Part shown: piece by piece, positions 9,714 to 18,792 of the stretch | Numbering within the stretch: position 1 is the stretch's first letter | How the letters are laid out: every line of letters starts with the position of its first letter | IMG/VR virus record: IMGVR_UViG_3300034103_002265 | Strand: one strand, 5' to 3' | DNA: 64,000 bases | From: a virus | Made by a program: the position numbers and the translations under genes | The notes under the pieces: generated by a model | What the model saw: only the letters and a program-made list of their open reading frames with translations | Told to the model about the DNA's origin: nothing | Database searches by the model: none

Positions 9714-10071
9714 TGGTAAGAAAAAAGGCAAACAAAAATTTCGAAATGCCGAAGAAGCACGTAAGGCACGTGAACTTTCTCACGAATGGGAACGGAAACA
9801 GGCTGAATGGAAAGCCATGAGCAAGCCCGCAGGCAATCAAAAACAAAAATCCAATACTTCGACATTAGTTCCTATTGGACCTTATATTCGAGATACTGGC
9901 CCAAAAATTCCCAGTCTCAATGGTGGCAGAGATATGAGTCCTGCAGTATTGAAACCTACTCAAATGTATACTGGTAGTAAGGTAAAAGGTATTACAGTTG
10001 TACACAAAAGTTGTTTGCAGCCTGTATTTACTAACCAAGAAGCAATTGATGCTGCTCATATGCGTAGATAA
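9676..10071 (+). CDS. Hypothetical Lys-rich protein
   Basis: 131 aa ORF. Confidence 0.35.
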   Translation: MTMHLHHPALSLNGKKKGKQKFRNAEEARKARELSHEWERKQAEWKAMSKPAGNQKQKSNTSTLVPIGPYIRDTGPKIPSLNGGRDMSPAVLKPTQMYTGSKVKGITVVHKSCLQPVFTNQEAIDAAHMRR

Positions 10072-10080
10072 ATATCATCT

Positions 10081-10476
10081 ATGAACGGAAAAATTACATT
10101 AATCACTCCCCCTGATATTTTTGAAAACGATTCAAGAAGTATTTTATTTTTGCATCTGTCCGATGAAGACCAAGAATCAGTCAGCAAATGGTTGGCACAG
10201 TCAGACATTACGGAAGATATTAATATATACTTTTACGATCATGATAAAGACCTCGATTGGTTGTTTCATGCCTTTGCTAACTGTGATTTCAAATTTATTG
10301 ATATTAGTAGATCTAAAATTGCAACCGGTGTGCTAGTAGGATATTTTTTAGGAAAGAAAAATACTTTCTATAAAATTGATAACGAAACTCAATCAGAAAT
10401 TTTTCAGTACATTAATCAAAATAGAATAACTAATATAAATTCCTTTTTAGAAAGAGCATTAAATGGCAAAAATTGA
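10081..10476 (+). CDS. Hypothetical protein
   Basis: 131 aa ORF. Confidence 0.4.
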   Translation: MNGKITLITPPDIFENDSRSILFLHLSDEDQESVSKWLAQSDITEDINIYFYDHDKDLDWLFHAFANCDFKFIDISRSKIATGVLVGYFLGKKNTFYKIDNETQSEIFQYINQNRITNINSFLERALNGKN

Positions 10477-11695
10477 TTCTAACCATGTTTGTTCATTTTG
10501 TAATAAGAGCAAAGAAGATGTTGAAAAATTGATAGTTGGTGAACAGGCTGCTATATGCAACGACTGTGTAGACCTTTGTGTTGATATTTTAAAGGACGAA
10601 AAAGTTAAAAGTTTACCAATTCAGAAAAAATTGTTAAATCCTGTAGATATTAAAGAATATCTTGATCAATATGTTATTGGCCAAGAAGAAGCAAAAATTG
10701 CCTTAAGCGTGGCAGTCAGTCAGCATTTTAAAAGAATTAATAATCCTAGCAAAGATATTGAACTAGAAAAAACCAACGTGCTGCTGTTAGGACCCACTGG
10801 TTGTGGTAAAACTATGATGGCAAGAAAGATTGCCGAATTCCTAGACTTACCGTTTGCTATCTGCGATGCTACTAGTATTACAGAAGCAGGCTATGTTGGC
10901 GACGATGTTGAAAGTATTTTAACTAGACTAATAAATGAAGCCGACGGCGATATAACAAAGGCCAGTCGTGGAATCGTTTACATAGATGAAATTGATAAAA
11001 TTTCTAAAAAAGGTGAAAATGTCAGCATCACTCGTGATGTAAGTGGTGAAGGTGTTCAGCAAGCATTGTTAAAAATGATAGAAGGTTCTGTATGCAGAGT
11101 TCCTTCATCGGGAAGGCGCAAGCATCCGGGATCTGAAGTTCAAGAAATCGATACAAGAGGAATTCTTTTTATCTGTGGCGGAGCATTTGTTGGTATTGAT
11201 GCTGTTGTTCGACAAAGAAAAGATGCAAAAAGTATTGGCTTTAGTGCTGAAATAAAAACTGATTCTGAAATTAACAACTACTACAGAGAAGTCAATACCA
11301 AGGATCTTATCAAGTATGGTTTGATCCCTGAATTTGTTGGTAGGTTTGGACTTCATATCAACGTTGATGAATTGTCAGTAAAAGAATTAGTTCGAGTATT
11401 GAAAGAACCAAGGAACAGTCTTATTAATCAGTACCAATATCTTTTTAAGTTAGATAAAATTGATCTGACATTTGATGATGAAAGTCTAGAAAGCATAGCG
11501 CAAAAAGCCAAAGAACTTAAAACCAATGCTCGTGGATTAAAAAATATTATAGAAAAGATATTGTTACCTTATCAATTTGATGCTATTAATCTTGTCGAAC
11601 GCGGATTAAATGCAATTAGGATAAGTAAAGACACAGTTGAGGGAAAGACTGCAATACTAATTTTTGATAAAAAGAAAAATGAACAAAACAAATAA
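10463..11695 (+). CDS. clpX: ATP-dependent protease ATPase subunit ClpX-like
   Basis: N-terminal C4 zinc finger (CSFCNK...CNDC), Walker A GPTGCGKT, Walker B IVYIDEIDK, ClpX-like length. Confidence 0.85.
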   Translation: MAKIDSNHVCSFCNKSKEDVEKLIVGEQAAICNDCVDLCVDILKDEKVKSLPIQKKLLNPVDIKEYLDQYVIGQEEAKIALSVAVSQHFKRINNPSKDIELEKTNVLLLGPTGCGKTMMARKIAEFLDLPFAICDATSITEAGYVGDDVESILTRLINEADGDITKASRGIVYIDEIDKISKKGENVSITRDVSGEGVQQALLKMIEGSVCRVPSSGRRKHPGSEVQEIDTRGILFICGGAFVGIDAVVRQRKDAKSIGFSAEIKTDSEINNYYREVNTKDLIKYGLIPEFVGRFGLHINVDELSVKELVRVLKEPRNSLINQYQYLFKLDKIDLTFDDESLESIAQKAKELKTNARGLKNIIEKILLPYQFDAINLVERGLNAIRISKDTVEGKTAILIFDKKKNEQNK

Positions 11696-11699
11696 ACTA

Positions 11700-11912
11700 A
11701 TGGGAAATACGGTTATTGTTGGCGACATGCCACTTAACACAGCATTAAAAAGGTTCAAGCAAAAAGTTGATGATTCTGGAGTACTTGAAGTACTTAGAAA
11801 GAAAATGCATTACGAAAAACCAACCACAACGAGAAAAAGAAAAGCAGGTGCTGCTAGAGCACGTTGGTTAAAAAAATTATCCGAACAAGAACTACCTAAA
11901 AAAATGTATTGA
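11700..11912 (+). CDS. rpsU: Ribosomal protein bS21 homolog
   Basis: MGNTVIVGDMPLNTALKRFKQKVDDSGVLEVLRKKMHYEKPTTTRKRK... aligns with E. coli S21 ([35 protein letters not shown]). Start taken at the in-frame ATG at 11700, just after the clpX stop. Confidence 0.8.
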   Translation: MGNTVIVGDMPLNTALKRFKQKVDDSGVLEVLRKKMHYEKPTTTRKRKAGAARARWLKKLSEQELPKKMY

Positions 11913-11942
11913 CAATAATGTTTTGCTATGTTAATATAAATC

Positions 11943-12473
11943 ATGGCAAAACATTTAATGATAGACATGGAGACTATGGCAGTCTCCCCGAGAGCAGTGG
12001 TCCTAACTTTGGGCGCTGTACACTTTAATCCCTGGGGTAATGGTTACAGTGATAAACTTTATTTTAAAGTAAGTCTCGATGATCAGGATGCCTTAGGCAG
12101 AGAAATTGATCCCAACACACTAGATTGGTGGGCAAAACAAGATCCAAAAATAATGGAAGAGGCATTTAGTGCTGATGATAGGATTCCATTATCCGATGCA
12201 ATGGATCAGTTCCATAAGTTTGCTTGGGGTTGCGATGCATTTTGGAGTCACGGTGCTACTTTCGACTTGATGATTATCCAAGATATCTATACACAACTTA
12301 AAAAACCGTTACCTTGGAATTATTGGCAGTTGCGGGATACTCGTACACTATTTGATCTCGGATATGATCCAGACATGCCGCAAGGCAACAAACATGATGC
12401 CCTACAAGATGCTATTCGGCAATCAGTTGGTGTACAAAATATCTATACCAAAATGAAAATAAGGGAAAAATAA
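11943..12473 (+). CDS. DEDDh 3'-5' exonuclease (DnaQ / RNase T-like)
   Basis: Exo I IDMET, ...FDL..., Exo III HDALQDA. Confidence 0.7.
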   Translation: MAKHLMIDMETMAVSPRAVVLTLGAVHFNPWGNGYSDKLYFKVSLDDQDALGREIDPNTLDWWAKQDPKIMEEAFSADDRIPLSDAMDQFHKFAWGCDAFWSHGATFDLMIIQDIYTQLKKPLPWNYWQLRDTRTLFDLGYDPDMPQGNKHDALQDAIRQSVGVQNIYTKMKIREK

Positions 12474-12727
12474 TGTTTAACTTTTTTGGTCGAACACCAC
12501 TACCTCCTCCACCTCCCCTTCTTCCAGTGGAACTTATGAATAATCAGTCTACAGAACTTTATCGAGTTGGTATAACAACTGATGGCCGAGTTGCTCTAAC
12601 TCTTATTGCCCAGCCCGGAAATACTATGACTATTACTATGACTCCAGAGTCTTGTGAGCGTATGATACGTATGCTTCGGGCTGTATATGAGGATTCGGAC
12701 GATGATCAATCTGAGATTCAGTCTTGA
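12473..12727 (+). CDS. Hypothetical protein
   Basis: 84 aa ORF with a Pro-rich N-terminus. Confidence 0.35.
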   Translation: MFNFFGRTPLPPPPPLLPVELMNNQSTELYRVGITTDGRVALTLIAQPGNTMTITMTPESCERMIRMLRAVYEDSDDDQSEIQS

Positions 12728-12977
12728 AAATCCCTGGTGGGATAGATTTGAAAACATCTATGCCACACACGGGTCAACACCATTTAAACATAAATTTTGG
12801 GAAGTTCAGTTGATGAAGAGTGACGATATTGTTACTTTTGATCTTCGTATGACTACCCGTAGAGATCATGCAGGATTTGATCTGTGGTTAGGCCTAATCG
12901 GATACGCTATTAATTTCATGATCTACGATCACAGGCACTGGAATACCGAAGAAAACAATTGGGAAAAACATGACTAA
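12687..12977 (+). CDS. Hypothetical protein
   Basis: 96 aa ORF; start uncertain. Confidence 0.3.
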   Translation: MRIRTMINLRFSLENPWWDRFENIYATHGSTPFKHKFWEVQLMKSDDIVTFDLRMTTRRDHAGFDLWLGLIGYAINFMIYDHRHWNTEENNWEKHD

Positions 12978-13212
12978 AGAACTACCAAAGCACAAAGATA
13001 AATTGGGTAGAGATTTAGAAATTGGTGATTGTGTTGTTTATCCTCAAGATAACTCTCTTGCCATTGGACTTATTAAAAAGTTTAATCCTATAATGATCAA
13101 AGTGTCTGCAATTGGAAGGCGCCGAGAACAGAATAAGTATCCCCAAGATCTTTTAAAAGTAGACGGTCCAGAAGTTAGCGTGTATTTGTTAACAAAATCA
13201 AAAAATAATTGA
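12970..13212 (+). CDS. Hypothetical protein
   Basis: 80 aa ORF. Confidence 0.35.
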   Translation: MTKELPKHKDKLGRDLEIGDCVVYPQDNSLAIGLIKKFNPIMIKVSAIGRRREQNKYPQDLLKVDGPEVSVYLLTKSKNN

Positions 13213-13245
13213 GATATTATTATAAATATCTCAAAGGACGAAAGC

Positions 13246-13500
13246 ATGAAAATGTTTATAATTATTGCTTCTGTTTGCTTGTTAGCAGGTTGTGCAACTA
13301 AAGAACAACTTTACTACGATGCTAGTAAGGCAATTAGCAAAGATACTACAGTATCTCAAGCAGCATGTTGGGCCGCAGTAGGAGAAATTGCTAAAAGTGG
13401 CGATAATGCTGTTAAAGTTGGTGCTATTGCTCTTGCTGAAAAATGTAAAGCAGAAACTATCAAATTAGAACCACCAAAAAGAAATATTTTAGGTTTTTAA
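13246..13500 (+). CDS. Small lipoprotein
   Basis: Lipobox LLAGC following a signal peptide. Confidence 0.5.
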   Translation: MKMFIIIASVCLLAGCATKEQLYYDASKAISKDTTVSQAACWAAVGEIAKSGDNAVKVGAIALAEKCKAETIKLEPPKRNILGF

Positions 13501-13636
13501 TATTTCTTATTTTTAAAAATCCTATTTCCTACATAGGAAAATACAATAGGATTTAAATAACTTTTTATTGATTTTTATTATAAGACATCTTATAATAAAT
13601 TTTGCATTTCATTTAACACACAGAAAGGAATTAAAA

Positions 13637-14176
13637 ATGAAAACAGTAGGTGATAGACTTGAATTTTTTACCGTAACCGGTGTTAATCCAGGTAGTGATC
13701 AATTTTTCGACATTACACAAAAAAGTTTTGAAGGTAAGTGGAAGGTAATTGTTTTTTATCCAAAAGATTTTACTTTTGTTTGCCCCACAGAAATCGTAGC
13801 ATATGACAAGTTGTTCCAAGATTTCGCCGATCGTGATGCAGTATTGTTAACTGGCAGCACCGACAATGAATTTTGTAAGTTGGCCTGGCAGAATGCTCAT
13901 CCTGATCTAAAGAAGATTAGGCACATTCAATTTGCTGACACACACCGTGGTGATTTCAGTCTCGCAGAACAACTAGGCGTATTTTTTAAGCCAGCGGGTG
14001 CTGCACTTCGCGCAACATTTATTGTTGACCCTGGTAATGAGATCCAACACGTTACAGTCAACAATTTGAACGTTGGTCGTAGTCCAGAAGAAACACTTCG
14101 TATTCTCGATGCGCTGCAAACTGGCGAACTCTGTGCATGTAACCGTACTGTTGGCGGCGAGACACTAGGCGGCTAA
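13637..14176 (+). CDS. Peroxiredoxin (AhpC/Prx family)
   Basis: FTFVCPTEI peroxidatic Cys motif. Start at MKTVGDR with RBS aaaggaa. Confidence 0.8.
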   Translation: MKTVGDRLEFFTVTGVNPGSDQFFDITQKSFEGKWKVIVFYPKDFTFVCPTEIVAYDKLFQDFADRDAVLLTGSTDNEFCKLAWQNAHPDLKKIRHIQFADTHRGDFSLAEQLGVFFKPAGAALRATFIVDPGNEIQHVTVNNLNVGRSPEETLRILDALQTGELCACNRTVGGETLGG

Positions 14177-14177
14177 A

Positions 14178-14789
14178 ATGTTAGAAACGATTTCTGAATT
14201 ATTTCAGGAAGCGTACAAGCGGAACTGGATTACTGCCCGAGATGGCAATGCCAGTATCCGCTGGCACGATAGGGATCACTTTTATGTTACTCCTAGTGGT
14301 ATACGTAAGCAGACCCTTCAGCCTGAAATGTTTAAAAAAATTAACCTAAATGGCGGAGTGCTGCCTTATACCGATATCAGTGCTAATTTGAAACCCAGTG
14401 GCGAACTACCTTTACACCTGGCTATTCAAAATAAAATTGACACTGAAGTTCGAGTTGTATTGCATTTTCATCCAACTTATACTGTAGCCGCAATGTATGC
14501 AGGTATTCAACTGCCGGATCTTCTCAAAGAATTTCCAGAATTGAGTCGTTATACGACAGTTGCACCTAATGTACCGTTGATCCCGCCTATTACTAAAGAA
14601 CTAGCAGATGCCTGTGTTAAAAATATCGGGTATCATCCGATCAATGGTACAGTAAAATACAATATCGTCGGTATGGATCGTCATGGTGTAGTAGCAGTTG
14701 ATACTAGTCCCTGGCGTGCATTTGAGCACATCGAGAGATTAGAACATATTTGCAAAATCGTTTTAAGTTCAAAAGGTTATCATGCTTGA
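14178..14789 (+). CDS. Class II aldolase/adducin-like domain protein
   Basis: RDGNASIRW...YVTPSG resembles the fuculose-phosphate aldolase N-terminal motif. Confidence 0.45.
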   Translation: MLETISELFQEAYKRNWITARDGNASIRWHDRDHFYVTPSGIRKQTLQPEMFKKINLNGGVLPYTDISANLKPSGELPLHLAIQNKIDTEVRVVLHFHPTYTVAAMYAGIQLPDLLKEFPELSRYTTVAPNVPLIPPITKELADACVKNIGYHPINGTVKYNIVGMDRHGVVAVDTSPWRAFEHIERLEHICKIVLSSKGYHA

Positions 14790-15195
14790 ATGTTTAATTT
14801 TAGGTGATAGTATTGCAGTAGGCACACATAAGGCTAGACCAGAATGTGTTGCCTACGCTAAGGGAGGCTGGAATAGTTGGCAATGGAATAAAGATTATCT
14901 AGCCAAAGCCGCTGGTCAACCAGCAAAGACCGTTATTATCAGTTTAGGCGCCAATGACCACAAGGGTGTAAAAACTGAACAAGAGTTACGTAAAATGCGT
15001 GAAACAATCAAAAGCGGTCGTGTATTCTGGATCGATCCGGGAAAAGATCGCAAGCCTGTGCCACATGACGCTATTGTCCGTATTGCTCAAGAATACGGCG
15101 ATATTATTCTACCTCGACCTAAGGATCATATGAGTGCCGACGGTATTCATCCTACGGGAAAGGGATATAAAATTTTAGGAGAACAAACAAAATGA
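14782..15195 (+). CDS. SGNH/GDSL hydrolase
   Basis: Blocks GDSIA, GAND and DGIHP. Confidence 0.65.
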   Translation: MLECLILGDSIAVGTHKARPECVAYAKGGWNSWQWNKDYLAKAAGQPAKTVIISLGANDHKGVKTEQELRKMRETIKSGRVFWIDPGKDRKPVPHDAIVRIAQEYGDIILPRPKDHMSADGIHPTGKGYKILGEQTK

Positions 15196-15710
15196 CAACA
15201 TGGGTTGATGCTCTTAAAGAGCAAAGCATTCCAGATTATGCCAAGGATATTAGGCTAAATTTGGACGCTGTAATTAAACGTAGCAGTCTTCCAGTCGATG
15301 AAGCCGAAACTATTGCGTTGGCTGCTGCTTTTGCAACTGGCAAAAGCGGATTCTGGACATGGTTGCATTCGCAAATATCTGATCGTAAAGAAGCCGAGGC
15401 CGCAATTACCGCTGCCAGTATCATGGCTATGAACAATGTATGGTATCCCTATGTCGAAATGGTCAATGATGAACAACTAACAGGCCTCCCTGCACAATTG
15501 CGAATGAATGCCATTGCCTCACATGGCGGAACTACTAAGGCTCGATTCGAAGCATATAGCCTTGCTGCCAGTATTGTAGGCAAATGTCATTTTTGTGTTA
15601 AGGCACATTATGATACCCTGAAGAAAGAAGGATATACTGTAGAACAACTTCGTGATATTGGTCGTATTGCTTCGGTGATCAATGCTGTGGGAAAAGTTCT
15701 GAGAGATTAA
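15192..15710 (+). CDS. AhpD-like alkylhydroperoxidase / carboxymuconolactone decarboxylase family
   Basis: CHFCVKAH (CxxCxxxH) motif. Confidence 0.7.
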   Translation: MTTWVDALKEQSIPDYAKDIRLNLDAVIKRSSLPVDEAETIALAAAFATGKSGFWTWLHSQISDRKEAEAAITAASIMAMNNVWYPYVEMVNDEQLTGLPAQLRMNAIASHGGTTKARFEAYSLAASIVGKCHFCVKAHYDTLKKEGYTVEQLRDIGRIASVINAVGKVLRD

Positions 15711-15719
15711 TTCTTAATT

Positions 15720-16640
15720 ATGGTCAAAAATAATTGGTATAGATACAGATACGATGATCAAGAATATGATCAACCAAAAACTAGTTTTGATCAAATTTTT
15801 ACAACATCAATTTTTACAAAAAATACAAAAATTTTTGATTCATACAAAGATGCCTTGCTGTTTAATGCTCGAGAGATTGTAAATGATTTTGATAATCCTA
15901 AATTTGCATTAATGCTGTCTGGAGGTTCCGATAGCGAAATTATGTTTAAGGCTTCATTGGAATCTGGTGTTAAATTTAACACTTACATATTTAGATATGA
16001 AAATGATTCAAATCTATATGACGTTGCATATGCAATAGTTTTATGTGAATCTCATGATGTAAAATACAAATTAATTGATTTCAATGCAACTAAGTTTTTT
16101 GAAACAGAAGCACTAAAATTTGCAGAATTGGCTCAAACTGATAGACCTAGAGCGTTGCCGCAACTTAAATTTATGGATTATGTAGACGAAGAATATTGTT
16201 TATATGGTCAAGGAGATATTAACTGGAAACGTATGAATCATGATGACTATTCTAAAAAAGGTCAGTGGGTACACAGTTGCAATGAACATGAAATTTCATG
16301 GGAAAAATATTTAAAAGCAACTGGTAGAAAAGGAGTTCCGTTGTGGTTTAAATACACTCCAGAACTACAATTGGCCACTGCAATGACTAACTGGTCTCAA
16401 AAATTGATCAACGATAAAATGCATGGAAAAGCAGGAACTAGTTCGTCTAAGTTAATTGGTTATCGAGAAGCGTATCCAGATATCCATTTTAGGATAAAGA
16501 AAACCGGCTTTGAAAGTTATTTAAATTTGGTCACTGAAGTAGAAAAGAAATTAATTGAGTTGAATGGGGGTTTGGTCAATAGGCAATCATATTATCGACC
16601 GGCGTTCCAATACATTTCTGAATTAAAGGGAATTGGATAA
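15720..16640 (+). CDS. PP-loop superfamily ATP pyrophosphatase, second divergent copy
   Basis: LMLSGGSDSEIMF PP-loop motif. Confidence 0.5.
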   Translation: MVKNNWYRYRYDDQEYDQPKTSFDQIFTTSIFTKNTKIFDSYKDALLFNAREIVNDFDNPKFALMLSGGSDSEIMFKASLESGVKFNTYIFRYENDSNLYDVAYAIVLCESHDVKYKLIDFNATKFFETEALKFAELAQTDRPRALPQLKFMDYVDEEYCLYGQGDINWKRMNHDDYSKKGQWVHSCNEHEISWEKYLKATGRKGVPLWFKYTPELQLATAMTNWSQKLINDKMHGKAGTSSSKLIGYREAYPDIHFRIKKTGFESYLNLVTEVEKKLIELNGGLVNRQSYYRPAFQYISELKGIG

Positions 16641-16668
16641 AATTGGACTATTTTTATTCAAATTTTTG

Positions 16669-16697
16669 TTGACAAGATAATTAAATGACTACATAAT
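16669..16697 (+). promoter_or_regulatory. sigma70-like promoter
   Basis: TTGACA, 17 nt spacer, CATAAT. It heads about 590 nt of ORF-free sequence before 17244. Confidence 0.55.
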
Positions 16698-16881
16698 ATT
16701 GTTATTAAGGCACAAAAATTTTTAGGTAAGGTTCAGCAACATTCCAAACATGGAACTGCTGGGGAGTTGGGTATAGCCGGAGGGTTCGCCCTGTGAAGGT
16801 TATACTTGAAGACAAACCAGATATGCGTGTTTCGATTTTGACGCAGAAAAATACTCAAAGTAGAAAACTTACCTGTTGATT

Positions 16882-17138
16882 CTTAGGATGAATGCAGCAA
16901 TCTAAAACATTAACGAAACCGCTTATTGCAGTAGACGGTGGCCCGGAAGGCTTTATCTAGTAGCAATACTAGACGCTTAAGGAACTGATGACACAGGGGA
17001 AAGTACCTTGTATGATGTTTGTACAGAAAAATACAATCTAGGCGACATGAATTGTATGCTAGGCTTGAGGAACTGAACCGATGTACTGGGGATGAGGTCA
17101 AGCAGAAAATAAAAACCGTTCCGATCATCCTGCTATAT
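16882..17138 (+). repeat. Member of a conserved-terminus element family (putative structured ncRNA), upstream of the vWA gene
   Basis: 5' TTAGGATGAATG-CAGCAA-TCTAAAA and 3' TCATCCTGCTATAT. The termini form a covarying stem with the other family members. Confidence 0.5.
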
Positions 17139-17243
17139 CTAGATTAGGTACAGCAATTTTTTTAATCACCATGAAAAAGACCCGAATCTGGTCGGACACC
17201 GTGATAGGCCCAATGATAACTAATCTGTTGAAAGGAAAAAGAA

Positions 17244-18647
17244 ATGAACGCATTTGTTGAAGCAGTTGAAAATGTTCAACTGGAAACTCGTACCGCAAAT
17301 GGTATGAAGTCTTTTGATTCGTCAAAGTCTGCCCTTGTTGACCTGTTCTTCTCTATCGGTGCAAGCCGTGGTAAGAACCTGAACGTACCGTTTACCAAGG
17401 CTCTCAAGCAGGACGAAACTCTGGCACTACGTCTGTTGATGTGGGCTCGTGACGTTCGTGGCGGAGCCGGTGAACGTCAAATCGTTCGCGACATTCTGTT
17501 GCATTTGGAAAAGAACTATCCAGAAGCACTGGATCGTGTGTTCGCACATATTCCAGAATTTGGTCGTTGGGACGACATGTTGGTCTTTAAGACCAAGCGT
17601 TTTAAGAATCGTGCATACACTATGATCGGTGACGCACTTCGTGCTCGTAACGGTCTGTGTGCCAAGTGGATGCCTCGTCAAGGCTCTATCGCAGTCGAAC
17701 TGCGTAACTTTTTCGGTATGAGCCCAAAGTTCTATCGTAAGAGTCTTGTGTCCTTGACCAAGGTTGTCGAACAAAACATGTGCGCTAACGATTGGACTGG
17801 TATCAACTACAGCCACGTTCCTAGCCTGGCTGCTAGCCGTTACCAAAAGGCTTTTGGCAAGCATGACCCTACAGGGTATGGTGCTTACAAGGCCGCTCTG
17901 GTCAAGGGTGATCCTAGTGTTAAGGTAAATGCAGCCGCAGTTTACCCATATGACGTTATCAAGAGCCGCCGTTTTGGTGGTGCCGATGAAGTCATCCAAG
18001 CACAATGGGATGCGCTGCCTAACTACTGCGGTGACGAACTGGTTCTGCCAGTCTGTGACGTTTCGGGCTCTATGAGTTCGCCAGTAGGTGGTAACGCTAA
18101 CTTGACCTGTATGGATGTCTGTGTCTCGCTGGGCCTATACCTAGCAGACAAGAACAAGGGTCCATTCAAGGATATGTTCCTAACTTTCTCTGAAAAGAGC
18201 AAGTTGCATATCCTTAAGGGCAATCTGCTTGACAAGTTGAACCAACTTGAAAGAGCAGAATGGGGCATGAGCACTAACCTGCACTCGGCATTTGAGGCTG
18301 TCCTCAAGTATGCCAAGGAATGGAAGGTCCCTGAAAAGCACATGCCAAAGTATCTGCTGATCATGAGTGACATGGAATTCAACCACTGCACCAAGTTCGA
18401 TGACTCTGCTATGCAGATGATCGAACGTAAGTATAAGGAAGCAGGATACAATGTTCCTAACATTGTATTTTGGAACCTAAATGCTCGTAGTGGCAACGTT
18501 CCGGTCAAGCATGACAAGCGTGGTGTGGCATTGGTCAGTGGGTTCAGCCCAAGCATCATGACTTCAATCCTAGGTGCGAAGTCTATGGATCCAACATCTG
18601 TGATGTTGGAAACCCTAAACAGCCCACGCTACAGCGTGATCGCTTAA
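17244..18647 (+). CDS. vWA (MIDAS) domain protein, DUF2828/TROVE-like, possibly Ro60-like
   Basis: DVSGSMSS (DxSxS) MIDAS motif; N-terminal ...TANGMKSF...LFFSIG...ARDVRGGAGER; 467 aa. Confidence 0.5.
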   Translation: MNAFVEAVENVQLETRTANGMKSFDSSKSALVDLFFSIGASRGKNLNVPFTKALKQDETLALRLLMWARDVRGGAGERQIVRDILLHLEKNYPEALDRVFAHIPEFGRWDDMLVFKTKRFKNRAYTMIGDALRARNGLCAKWMPRQGSIAVELRNFFGMSPKFYRKSLVSLTKVVEQNMCANDWTGINYSHVPSLAASRYQKAFGKHDPTGYGAYKAALVKGDPSVKVNAAAVYPYDVIKSRRFGGADEVIQAQWDALPNYCGDELVLPVCDVSGSMSSPVGGNANLTCMDVCVSLGLYLADKNKGPFKDMFLTFSEKSKLHILKGNLLDKLNQLERAEWGMSTNLHSAFEAVLKYAKEWKVPEKHMPKYLLIMSDMEFNHCTKFDDSAMQMIERKYKEAGYNVPNIVFWNLNARSGNVPVKHDKRGVALVSGFSPSIMTSILGAKSMDPTSVMLETLNSPRYSVIA

Positions 18648-18664
18648 ACTCGAAAGAGTTTTCC

Positions 18665-18728
18665 AAGGCCCTTAGGGGCCTTTTTTATTGTTTGGATAAA
18701 TGCCCACTTTACAGTGGGCGTTTTTTTC
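18665..18728 (+). terminator. Two tandem Rho-independent terminators
   Basis: aaggccc-ttag-gggcctt plus T-run, then gcccact-ttaca-gtgggc plus T7. Confidence 0.75.
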
Positions 18729-18792
18729 TGTATAATAAATACATACAGCAAAGAGATAGACTCTGCGCTACAACTATAGAAAGGATTTTTCT

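Noticed and set aside
17427-18559. Minus-strand ORFs 17427..18005 and 18023..18559.
   Set aside because: They are antisense to the vWA/MIDAS gene and have no motifs. Shadow ORFs.
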